Shown: one piece after another, positions 8,676 to 17,681 of the stretch
Layout: every line of letters begins with the position of its first letter
How positions within the stretch are numbered: position 1 is the stretch's first letter
NCBI GenBank assembly: GCA_963747095.1
Contig: CAVVEL010000022.1
Location: 251,005 to 315,004, forward strand
DNA from: Terriglobia bacterium
Lineage (GTDB): Bacteria; Acidobacteriota; Terriglobia; JAJPHL01
Direction of reading: 5' to 3'
Length of the DNA stretch: 64,000 bases
Notes under the pieces: generated by a model
The model's database searches: none
The model's input: the letters and a program-made list of their open reading frames with translations, nothing else
Told to the model about the DNA's origin: nothing
Program-made: the position numbers and the translations under genes

Positions 8676-11473
8676 AAACTGCTCTCAAATATCTGATGCT
8701 CGCTACGGCGCTGCTGGGCGCTTGCGCATCGGCGCAGAAGAAGGCGCCGGCGGCCGTGCTGGTCAAGAACGCCACGATTTGGACTGTCGCTTCGCAAGGC
8801 ACGCTGCAAAAGGCCGATCTACTGGTGGAGAACGGCAAGATCGCCAAAGTCGGAACGGGTCTCACGGCGCCTTCGGGCGCCATCGTCATTGACGCCGCCG
8901 GTAAGCATGTCACGCCCGGCATGATCGATTGCCACAGCCATACGGCGATCCGCGGCGGCGTGAACGAAGGATCCAACAACGTCACCGCGGAAGTGCGCAT
9001 CCTCGACGTGGTCAATCCCGAGGACATCAACATCTACCGCCAACTGGCCGGCGGCACCACCTTGATCCATGCGCTCCACGGATCGGCCAACTCTATCGGC
9101 GGACAGAACGCCCCCCTGAAACTGCGCTGGCATTCCAGTGCCGAGGAAATGCGGATCGAAGGCATACCGGGCACGATGAAGTTCGCCTTGGGTGAAAATC
9201 CCAAGCGCTCCAATAGCGGAGCCCTGGCCGGGCTGACCGGCGCCACGCGCTACCCGAATACGCGCATGGGCGTGAACGAATCCATTCGCGAGCGCTTCAC
9301 CGCGGCTCGCGACTATCTGAAGGAGTGGGACGATTACAACAAGCTGAGCGACAAATCCAAGACCGTGCCGCCGCGCCGCGATCTGCAACTGGAAGCGATC
9401 GGGGAGTTGCTCACCGGCACGCGCCTGATCCACAGCCACTCCTATGTGGCCGAGGAAATCCTGGCGCTGCTGCGATTGACTCAGGAATTCCACATTCAAA
9501 TGGCCGCTTTCCAGCACGTGTTGGAGGGCTACAAGGTGGCCGATGAACTGGCCGCGGCCCACGTCGGCGCGTCCACGTTCAGCGACTGGTGGGCCTACAA
9601 GATGGAAGCCTACGACGCCATTTCCTACAACGGCGCGATCATGAACAAGAAAGGCGTGGTGGTCAGCTTCAACTCCGACGACGACGAACTGGCCCGCCGC
9701 CTGAATCTGGAAGACGCCAAAGCGGTTCGCTGGGGCGATCTGACGGAAGAAGAGGCGATCAAGTTCAACACCATCAATCCGGCCATCCAATTGCGCATGG
9801 ACAAGCGCACCGGATCGCTGGAGCCCGGCAAGGACGCCGATTTCGTGATCTGGTCCGGACATCCGCTGTCGGTCTACAGCATAGCGGAACAGACGTGGGT
9901 GGACGGCGTGAAGGAGTTCGATCGCGCCGAGGATCTGGCCGCGCGTCCGGCCGAGGAAAAAGAACGCGAGGACTTGATCGCCAAGGTCAAGGCCAGCGAT
10001 GTGCCCCCCGCCGGCGGCGCGGGACGCGGCGGACGTGGCGGCGCCGGTGGCGGCGCGCCAGGTGGCGCGCAAGCGGGTCGTGGCGGACAAGCCGGCGGTA
10101 CCGGCGCAACAGCGCCAGCGGCATCCACCCTGGAACCGCGGCCCAAGCGCCCGACTCCCGCGTTCGTGCCCGCGGAGTATAAAGACAAGCTCGCACCGAC
10201 CGGCGGAACGTTCGCGATTGTCGGCGCCACGATTCACACCGTGAGCAACGGCGACATCGCCAACGGAACCATCGTCTTCAGCAAGGGCAAGATCACCGCG
10301 CTGGGCCCGAAAGTCTCCACCGCCGGCGCGACGATTATCAACGGCGCGGGCAAGCACGTCTATCCCGGCATGATCCAGCCGATTTCAGTGATCGGCATTT
10401 CTGAGGTGAGTGCCGTAGCCGCCACTTTGGACGAAGCTGAAACCGGCGTGTTCAATCCCAATGCCACGCCGTACCTGACGGTGAATGCGGATTCGGAGTT
10501 GTTGGCCGTGGCGCGCACCACCGGCATCACCCACGTCAACACCACGCCGATGGGTGGCATCGTCAGTGGCACGTCCTCGCTGACGCGCCTGGACGGCTGG
10601 AACTATGAAGACATGAGCGCTGTGCAGCGCGTGGCCCTGCAAGTCCACTGGCCGGCTTTCAGCCGGGGACGCGGCGGCCGCGGAGGCGGCGGTTTTGGCG
10701 CGCCGGCCACCGAGGATAACACCGCGCGAGATCGCACCATCAAGGCGATCCGCCAGTGGTTCGACGATGCCCGCGCCTATGAGAAAGCCAAGAACGCCGG
10801 CAGTCCGCACTTCGAGATGGACACCAAACTGGAAGCGCTCTTGCCGGTGATTGACGGAAAAATTCCCGTGATCGTCTACGCCAGCGAACCGCGCGCCATC
10901 AAGAGCGCGGTGACTTGGGCACAAGAAGAAGGTGTTCGTCCCATTATTGCCGGCGGCGGCGAAATCTGGCGCGCCGCGGCGTTCCTGAAGGAAAACAACG
11001 TTCCCGTGATCCTCACGGGAGTCTTGGAAATGCCCACCAAGGAAAGCGACCCCTACGATGAAGGGTACACGGTGGCGGCCAAACTACAGGCCGCCGGTGT
11101 GAAGTTCTGCATCGCCGATGGCACCGGCGGAAATCCGGACCGCGCTCGCGACTTGCCGTTCCATGCCGGAATGGCGGCGGCTTTCGGCTTGCCGAAAGAC
11201 GAAGCCTTGAAGGCGGTAACGTTGTATCCCGCGCAGATTTTGGGCGTGGGCGATCAACTGGGATCGCTGGAAGTAGGCAAGTCGGCGAGTTTGATTGTGA
11301 CCTCCGGCGATCCGCTGGAGATTCGCACCAAGCTTTTCGAAGAGTACATTGACGGGCGCAAGGTGAATCTGGAAGCCAACAAGCAGTACCGGCTGTATCA
11401 GAAGTATATGAACCGTCCCAAGCCGATGGCCTCGGCGTCCGCCACGGCGCCGTCGGCGGCCAAGAAGAAGTAG
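8672..11473 (+). CDS. amidohydrolase-family protein, two amidohydrolase-like modules, secreted
   Basis: GTG 8672 overlaps the upstream stop (GTGA). The signal is MKTALKYLMLATALLGACASAQ. Module 1 has GMIDCHSHTAIRGG and ..EPGKDADFVIWSGHPL... Module 2 (..GKHVYPGMIQPISVIG..) lacks HxH. Confidence 0.75.
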   Translation: MKTALKYLMLATALLGACASAQKKAPAAVLVKNATIWTVASQGTLQKADLLVENGKIAKVGTGLTAPSGAIVIDAAGKHVTPGMIDCHSHTAIRGGVNEGSNNVTAEVRILDVVNPEDINIYRQLAGGTTLIHALHGSANSIGGQNAPLKLRWHSSAEEMRIEGIPGTMKFALGENPKRSNSGALAGLTGATRYPNTRMGVNESIRERFTAARDYLKEWDDYNKLSDKSKTVPPRRDLQLEAIGELLTGTRLIHSHSYVAEEILALLRLTQEFHIQMAAFQHVLEGYKVADELAAAHVGASTFSDWWAYKMEAYDAISYNGAIMNKKGVVVSFNSDDDELARRLNLEDAKAVRWGDLTEEEAIKFNTINPAIQLRMDKRTGSLEPGKDADFVIWSGHPLSVYSIAEQTWVDGVKEFDRAEDLAARPAEEKEREDLIAKVKASDVPPAGGAGRGGRGGAGGGAPGGAQAGRGGQAGGTGATAPAASTLEPRPKRPTPAFVPAEYKDKLAPTGGTFAIVGATIHTVSNGDIANGTIVFSKGKITALGPKVSTAGATIINGAGKHVYPGMIQPISVIGISEVSAVAATLDEAETGVFNPNATPYLTVNADSELLAVARTTGITHVNTTPMGGIVSGTSSLTRLDGWNYEDMSAVQRVALQVHWPAFSRGRGGRGGGGFGAPATEDNTARDRTIKAIRQWFDDARAYEKAKNAGSPHFEMDTKLEALLPVIDGKIPVIVYASEPRAIKSAVTWAQEEGVRPIIAGGGEIWRAAAFLKENNVPVILTGVLEMPTKESDPYDEGYTVAAKLQAAGVKFCIADGTGGNPDRARDLPFHAGMAAAFGLPKDEALKAVTLYPAQILGVGDQLGSLEVGKSASLIVTSGDPLEIRTKLFEEYIDGRKVNLEANKQYRLYQKYMNRPKPMASASATAPSAAKKK

Positions 11474-11591
11474 GAACTAACTGATTTGGGCCACGATGCG
11501 AGGAGACAATCAACGGGCCGCTAATTAAGGCAACCCGCTGACGGTTTCCCGCATCATTGGCAAGCACGGCTGCCGCGGAAACTCACTGGCG

Positions 11592-12806
11592 TCAGCGCTG
11601 CAAACCAGCCGCCGGATCGGCCCCTAAATCTGCAAAGATCCCATCCAGCTTCTTCATGGCGAAATCGATCTGATCCTGGGTGACGATATAAGGCGGCAGG
11701 AAGCGCAGCACGGTGTCGTGGGTGCTGTTGAACAGCAAGCCCGCCTTCATTCCCGCATCCACGTACGGCCGGCCGTTCACGGAAAGATCGGCGGCCAGCA
11801 TCAGACCACGGCCGCGTACCTCCTTAATTACGGGGTATTTCTTCTTTAGCTTTTCGAGCTGGCGATGGAAGTAGCCGCCCACTTTGGCAATGTGTTTCAA
11901 CAGGCCATCTTGCTCCATGATGTCCAGGAACTCCAGCGCCACGCGGCATCCCAAAGGACCGCCGCCGAAGGTTGTGCCGTGCATGCCCGGCGTCATAGCC
12001 GCGGCCGCCTTTTCGGTGGCCAGCATGGCGCCGAGTGGAAAGCCGGCCGCCAGCGGCTTGGCGAGAGTGATGATGTCGGGCTTGATGTCATGGTTCTGAT
12101 AGCCGAACCAGCGTCCGGTGCGTCCCAGGCCGCATTGGATTTCGTCCAGAATCAGCAGCGCGCCATGGCGATCGGCCAATTCCCGCGCGGCTTTTAGAAA
12201 CTCCGGCCGCACTTCGTTGATGCCGCCCTCGCCCTGAATCACCTCCAGACAAATCCCGCAGGTGTTGTGGTTCACTGCGGCAGTCAGGGCGCCAACATCG
12301 TTGAAGGTTACGAAATCCACGCCGGGGATCAGCGGCTCGTACGGCTTGCGATACTTGGTCTGCCCGGTTGTAGCCACCGATCCCATGGTCCTTCCATGAA
12401 AGGAGTTTTCAAGCGAAACGAAGCGGTATTTTTCCGGTGAAATCTTGCGGCCATAGAGACGCGCCAGTTTCAAGGCTGCTTCCCAAGCCTCCGTGCCGCT
12501 GTTACAGATGAAGGCGCGGTCGAGCCCGGAGAGTTTCGCCAGGCGCGCGGCCAACGCGCCCTGATAGGGATGGTAATAAAGATTGGAGACGTGCAGCGTG
12601 CGCGCGGCTTGCTGGCGCAGGGCTTTCAAGATGCGCGGATGGGCGTGTCCCAACATGCTGACGCCGATGCCGCCCAACAGGTCCAGGTATTTCTTGCCGT
12701 GATCGTCGTACAACCAACAACCCTTGCCGCGCTCCAACACCAATGGATAGCGCGCATAGGTCGGCAACAGATGTTGAGCTTCGAGGGCTTGCGGAGATTG
12801 GGGCAT
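11592..12806 (-). CDS. argD: acetylornithine aminotransferase (class-III PLP aminotransferase)
   Basis: 404 aa with ..[15 protein letters not shown].., ..[15 protein letters not shown].., ..[14 protein letters not shown].., ..[14 protein letters not shown].. and ..[10 protein letters not shown].. Confidence 0.8.
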   Translation of the reverse strand: MPQSPQALEAQHLLPTYARYPLVLERGKGCWLYDDHGKKYLDLLGGIGVSMLGHAHPRILKALRQQAARTLHVSNLYYHPYQGALAARLAKLSGLDRAFICNSGTEAWEAALKLARLYGRKISPEKYRFVSLENSFHGRTMGSVATTGQTKYRKPYEPLIPGVDFVTFNDVGALTAAVNHNTCGICLEVIQGEGGINEVRPEFLKAARELADRHGALLILDEIQCGLGRTGRWFGYQNHDIKPDIITLAKPLAAGFPLGAMLATEKAAAAMTPGMHGTTFGGGPLGCRVALEFLDIMEQDGLLKHIAKVGGYFHRQLEKLKKKYPVIKEVRGRGLMLAADLSVNGRPYVDAGMKAGLLFNSTHDTVLRFLPPYIVTQDQIDFAMKKLDGIFADLGADPAAGLQR

Positions 12807-12825
12807 AAGAAATCATAACCCAATA

Positions 12826-13048
12826 GCCTGCTATGCAGGCGACAGAGGAGTAGCCCCAGGCGAGGCGTCGTTCAGCCGAGCCTGGGGTATCAGACAAAAA
12901 GGACCGAGCCTGCGAAGCTGGCGGCAGAGTCCTTTCAAAGTACTCTGTCGCCTGCTCCGCAGGCTCAATTCTCAGGGCATCACAACCCCAGGCTCGGCTG
13001 AAGTACGCCTCGCCTGGGGCCAATACTCTCCCGCCTGCTATGCAGGCT
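12826..13048. repeat. Family-B REP-like composite palindrome (two inverted units around a central hairpin)
   Basis: CCCCAGGCGAGGCGTCGTTCAGCCGAGCCTGGGG (12854-12887) faces its inverted copy at 12986-13019. These are flanked by GCCTGCTATGCAGGC.. modules. The central pair is GAGCCTGCGAAGCTGGCGGCAGAG (12906-12929) and CTCTGTCGCCTGCTCCGCAGGCTC. Confidence 0.85.
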
Positions 13049-13095
13049 CGCTGGCTGCAGGTCGAATAGCCCAATACACCGCTTCCCAACTTGCC

Positions 13096-16000
13096 TCAGT
13101 GCACGGCAATCGTCGCTGTATTACTGGCGACGCCGTTCTGTAAGATAACCACAGGCACCGCCGGTCCCGTGGCGGTCCCCGCAGGCAGGGCCACGTTCAC
13201 CTGATACAAACCCACGTAAGTTGGCGCGGGACCGGCGTATTGGATGTTCGCCGAGGGCACCGCTGCGCCGCCGATCGTCACGGCCACCGGCGTGTTGACA
13301 CTTCCCGCCGCAGCGGCCTGGCCGGTGGCTGACGCCGGAGTAGTTGCGCCCAGTCCCGTGGCGAAGATGACGAGCACGCTGCCCGCCGTCGCGGGATTCG
13401 CGGCGTCCACCAGGACGTTAGCGGCATTCAGGATAGCCCCTTGCTTCGGCGCTCCAGCCTCGGCTGCCAGGAAAATCCCCGGATGCGCCGTGCCGATAGA
13501 AATCGGCTCCGGAACGGCGTCTGCCTCGACGCCCGCAGCAGAGAAGGCGCGCGCCACCACTTGCGGCTGCGATCCCGGAACCATTTCAAACGGCACCTGG
13601 GCATTCACCTGTCCGGTACCAGCGTAGAACAAGGGCGCGTCGATTCCGCCGATGGTTAGTTTGATTCCAGCCAGAGTTGTCGGCAGCGGGAAGCCCGGCG
13701 CGTGATTCCCGTCGGACGCGGCCAAGTTAGTTCCGAACACCGAAACAATCGCGCCCGGAGCGATGTCCGCGCCCGCCGCAAAGCTAGCTCCATTGACCAC
13801 CCCGCCTTGACCAACGAACGGCGGGGGCGCGGTGTTGGCTCCGACTTGGCCGGTCAGCGTCACCGTAGCGGGAGCCAGCGGCGATTGGAACGCTTGCAGG
13901 GTTACCGTGGTTGTCGCAGCCAGATTGCCGGGTTTCCAAGTCGCGGAGTAGATTCCGCTACCGAGATTGGCCAGGGCCAGCGGGACGTCGCCGTTCGAGA
14001 AACTGGCCACCACCGTTGCCGACATCGCGGGGTTGCCGCAGCTATCGACCACTTGCGCTTCCAGATCCACCGGCCAGCCAACCGGCGAAGAAAAATTGTT
14101 GCCAAGTTGCCTTACGGCCATCACCAGACTCGTGGCTGTGCAACTGGCCGCCCCCACACTGCGGATCGCCGCCGGTTGCAGCGCCGAGGCCGGCGGCACC
14201 ACCAGGTAGACGGCGATATCTTGCGACGGCGCGCCGTTGCCGAAGGCCGCCGTGACCGTGCCTTGATACACGCCGGCGGCCAGCGTCCCTGGCGCTACGC
14301 TGACAGTCGCCGCCCCCCCCGGCATCAAGGATTGCGTGGCCGGCGTGGCGCTTAGCCATGTGCCGCCGCTTTGCGTGGCCGTCACGACGTTCGCCGTGAC
14401 CGCGGCGAGGGACCCACTGAATATGTTCACCGTCTGCGCGGCGGGCGCCGCGCCGCCGGCCGCCACAAAGATCAAAGCTCGTGGAGAGACTGTGCCGTAT
14501 GCAGGCGCCGTGCTCGACAGCAGGTTGAGTACCACGCTTATGTACCGTGGCGAGTTGGCCGCGCCCGGTGCGCTGACCTGCAACAATCCGTAGTAGCTGC
14601 CGGTGCTCAATCCTGTGGTGTTAGCCGACACTGATAGCACGCCACCCACGCTGGACCCGGTGCCAGGCGACACGCTCAGCCAACTCCCATTGCCTACAGA
14701 AGCGCTCCAACTCAAGATTCCGGACCCGGAGTTGAACACGCTGACAGATTGCGCGGGGGGCGAGCCGCCCGGCACGCTGTTGAACAAGATTCCCGTTTGG
14801 CCCAGCACCAGCGCAGCGCCCGCCGGCGTGACCAACAACTGAACAATGACAGTGAGCGGTCCCGGACTGATGGTGACCTGTCCTGTATAGAGGCCCGCCT
14901 GCAACCCTGTCGCGCTGAACGACAGCGCCGCTTGCGACGGCGCCAACAGCGTGGGGCTTCCTGACGCAGGAGAAATGCTCAGCCAGTTTCCACCATTCAC
15001 CGTGATAGCCGTCGCCGTCCAGTTCAGTGTCCCACCGCCCGTGTTGCCGATGGTGATGGCTTGCGCGGCAGGATTCGTCCCCGCCTGCGTTTGCACGGAG
15101 AGCGACGCGGGCGTTACCGTAAGTTGTCCAGCGGGAGAGGCGGTGATGGTGAGCGTCACGGTCACGCTGGCGGAGGCGCCCGGCGCTTGAATGGTGATGC
15201 TTCCTTGATAGGTACCGAGAGTCATGTTCGTCGAGTTGATGATCACGGTCAGGGATGCGGGAATTTGTCCCGCACCCGGCGACGCGCTCAGCCAGGTCCC
15301 GCCGCTAGCGGTGGTTGCGCTGGCCTGCCAGGAAACGCCCGAGGTTCCGGTGATCTGCAGCGATTGCGCCGCCGGGCTGGTTCCTTGCGTGACGGTGAAA
15401 GTCAAGCTGCCCGGTGTTGCGGATACCGTGGTCGCAGAGGAGGAAGTCACTTCGAGAATCCGGTTGTTATCGGGGTCAGCGATGAACAGGTCTCCCACGG
15501 TATCCAAGGCCACGCCGGTAGGAAGAGCCAGGTTGGCGGGAGTTGCCGGACCGCCCTCTGCGGAAAGAACACCTCCGGGGCCGGCAAACGTGGTGATTAC
15601 TCCGGCGGCCGAAACTTTCCGGATGCGGCTATTGCTGCTGTCCGCGATGAACAAGTTCCCCGAGGCATCCACGGCCACGCCTTCCGGGTAGAATAACGAC
15701 GCGGAAGTGGCCGGACCGCCGTCGCCGGAAAACCCGGGTGTGCCGTTGCCGGCAACGGTGCTGATGATGCCAGTCGCGGCCGTCACCTTGCGGATTCTGT
15801 GGTTGACCCAATCCGCGATGTAGAGATTCCCGGATGCATCGACCGCCACACCTTTCGGGTAATTGAGCCCAGCGGCGGTTGCCGGACCGCCGTCGCCGGC
15901 GAACGCGTTCCCGGCACCATATTTGCCGGCAACCGTGGTGATCACGCCGCTCGATACCCTCCGGATGACCTGGTTTAGCGAGTCTGCGATGAAAAGATTC

Positions 16001-17610
16001 CCGGAAGTATCCACGGCTACTCCGCCGGGCTCGAAAAGGTATGCTTGAGTCGCCTGCCCACCGTCGCCGAAATACCCCAGGTTCCCGTTGCCGGCAACAG
16101 TCGTGATCACGCCGCTGGGGGACACTTTCCGGATGCGATTACTTAACGTTTCCGCGATGAAGAGGTTGCCGTTCGAATCCACCGCCACGCCATTGGAACT
16201 TCGCAACGAAGCCGAGGTGGCCGGGCCGCCATCGCCGGAAGACCCATAGATTCCGTTGCCCGCAACGGTCGTGATCACACCGCTGGCCGACACCTTCCGG
16301 ATGCGGTAGTTGGCGGTGTCCGCGATGAAAAGATCGCCGGATGCATCGGCCGCGACCCCGAAAGGCAGATACAGCAACGCCGCGGTGGCGGGACCGGTGT
16401 CCCCGGAAGAGCGAGGGTTGCCATTGCCGGCGATCGTGGTGATCACACCGTTGGCGGCAACTTGGCGGATTCGATAATTGCCATACGCTTCCGAGAAATA
16501 CGTTCCGCCGGAGTCCGCGATGAACAGATTTCCCGAGGAGTCAACCGCGACTCCGGACGGTTGGTTGAGCAAAGCATTGGTTGCCTGTCCGCCGTCTCCG
16601 GAGAAGCCGCCGTTAGTCTCGCCCACAGAGGTGGATCCGCTTCCCGCCACGGTGGAGATCACACCGTTGCTCGTCACTTTGCGGATGCGATTATTCCCGG
16701 AGTCGGCGATGTAGAGATTTCCGGACGCGTTTACGGCCATTCCCAGGGGTCTGGACATCATCGCCGAAGTCGCGGGACCGCCGTCGCCGGAGAAACTCTG
16801 GGTCCCGTTGCCGGCATAGGTGGTGATCACGCCGGTGGCCGCACTCACTTTTCGGATCACATTGTTAGCCGCAATAAAGAGATCCCCGGAGGCATTCACG
16901 GCGATTCCCGAAGGATTGAGCAGCGATGCCGCCAACGCGGGACCGCCGTCGCCGGAGTTGGCTTGCGTCCCGTTTCCGGCGATGGTATTGATCACGCCGG
17001 TGGCCGCCGTCACTTTTCGGATGCGACCGTTATCTATGATGAAGAGGTTCCCGGAGGTATCCACGGCAACGCCCTGCGGATAGAAGAGCTGAGCCGAAGT
17101 AGCCGGGCCGCCGTCGCCCGAAAATCCGGCGGTGCCGCTGCCGGCGACCGTGGTGATGACGCCGCTGGTGGAAACCATGCGGATGCGACTGCTAAAAGTG
17201 TCGGTGATGTATACATTTCCCGCGGCATCGACGGCAATCCCCCCTTGGGATTGCGAAACTGACGAGCCTATGTGCAACGACGCCGCGGTCGCCGGGCCTC
17301 CATCGCCCGAAAAGCCGGAGATCCCATTACCCGCGACAATGCGAAAGCTTCCCGTGGGAGCAACCTGAATCACGATATCGTTGGTCAGGTCGGCTGCGTA
17401 AGTGTTGCCTTGAGTGTCTACTGCGACGCTAACCATTCGTCCCAGTGGGGCGTTTAAGGCCACGGTGACATTGCTGGGAAAGCTGCCGCCCGTTCCCGCC
17501 ACGGTGTTAATGATCGCTTGTCCGTTGGCCGGCATCGCTAAAACACGCAACGTCAGCGAGGCAGCGACGAGCCACTTGATGGCGGATCTACCGCTGCTCA
17601 CGGACCACAT
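13096..17610 (-). CDS. secreted NHL-repeat protein with Ig-like modules and Solibacter-type C-terminal domain (1504 aa)
   Basis: ATG 17610 is preceded by GGGAGGAG. The signal peptide is MWSVSSGRSAIKWLVAASLTLRVLAMPANGQA. About 20 repeats have the form GDGGPATSAxLxxPxGVAVDxSGNLFIADxxNxRIRKV, followed by Ig-like modules (..GGTWLSASP..). The end ..IQYAGPAPTYVGLYQVNVALPAG.. matches my recollection of TIGR03437. Confidence 0.8.
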   Translation of the reverse strand: MWSVSSGRSAIKWLVAASLTLRVLAMPANGQAIINTVAGTGGSFPSNVTVALNAPLGRMVSVAVDTQGNTYAADLTNDIVIQVAPTGSFRIVAGNGISGFSGDGGPATAASLHIGSSVSQSQGGIAVDAAGNVYITDTFSSRIRMVSTSGVITTVAGSGTAGFSGDGGPATSAQLFYPQGVAVDTSGNLFIIDNGRIRKVTAATGVINTIAGNGTQANSGDGGPALAASLLNPSGIAVNASGDLFIAANNVIRKVSAATGVITTYAGNGTQSFSGDGGPATSAMMSRPLGMAVNASGNLYIADSGNNRIRKVTSNGVISTVAGSGSTSVGETNGGFSGDGGQATNALLNQPSGVAVDSSGNLFIADSGGTYFSEAYGNYRIRQVAANGVITTIAGNGNPRSSGDTGPATAALLYLPFGVAADASGDLFIADTANYRIRKVSASGVITTVAGNGIYGSSGDGGPATSASLRSSNGVAVDSNGNLFIAETLSNRIRKVSPSGVITTVAGNGNLGYFGDGGQATQAYLFEPGGVAVDTSGNLFIADSLNQVIRRVSSGVITTVAGKYGAGNAFAGDGGPATAAGLNYPKGVAVDASGNLYIADWVNHRIRKVTAATGIISTVAGNGTPGFSGDGGPATSASLFYPEGVAVDASGNLFIADSSNSRIRKVSAAGVITTFAGPGGVLSAEGGPATPANLALPTGVALDTVGDLFIADPDNNRILEVTSSSATTVSATPGSLTFTVTQGTSPAAQSLQITGTSGVSWQASATTASGGTWLSASPGAGQIPASLTVIINSTNMTLGTYQGSITIQAPGASASVTVTLTITASPAGQLTVTPASLSVQTQAGTNPAAQAITIGNTGGGTLNWTATAITVNGGNWLSISPASGSPTLLAPSQAALSFSATGLQAGLYTGQVTISPGPLTVIVQLLVTPAGAALVLGQTGILFNSVPGGSPPAQSVSVFNSGSGILSWSASVGNGSWLSVSPGTGSSVGGVLSVSANTTGLSTGSYYGLLQVSAPGAANSPRYISVVLNLLSSTAPAYGTVSPRALIFVAAGGAAPAAQTVNIFSGSLAAVTANVVTATQSGGTWLSATPATQSLMPGGAATVSVAPGTLAAGVYQGTVTAAFGNGAPSQDIAVYLVVPPASALQPAAIRSVGAASCTATSLVMAVRQLGNNFSSPVGWPVDLEAQVVDSCGNPAMSATVVASFSNGDVPLALANLGSGIYSATWKPGNLAATTTVTLQAFQSPLAPATVTLTGQVGANTAPPPFVGQGGVVNGASFAAGADIAPGAIVSVFGTNLAASDGNHAPGFPLPTTLAGIKLTIGGIDAPLFYAGTGQVNAQVPFEMVPGSQPQVVARAFSAAGVEADAVPEPISIGTAHPGIFLAAEAGAPKQGAILNAANVLVDAANPATAGSVLVIFATGLGATTPASATGQAAAAGSVNTPVAVTIGGAAVPSANIQYAGPAPTYVGLYQVNVALPAGTATGPAVPVVILQNGVASNTATIAVH

Positions 17611-17681
17611 CAGTTCGACTCCTCCCGCGCCAGTATACGCCCAATCCCCCTTGCGTCCACAACTGTAGTTCGCCATCGCCA

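Noticed and set aside
8819-10357. 512-aa minus-strand ORF inside the large amidohydrolase gene
   Set aside because: It is antisense to a gene with clear family motifs. It has a low-complexity Arg/Gly/Ala composition.
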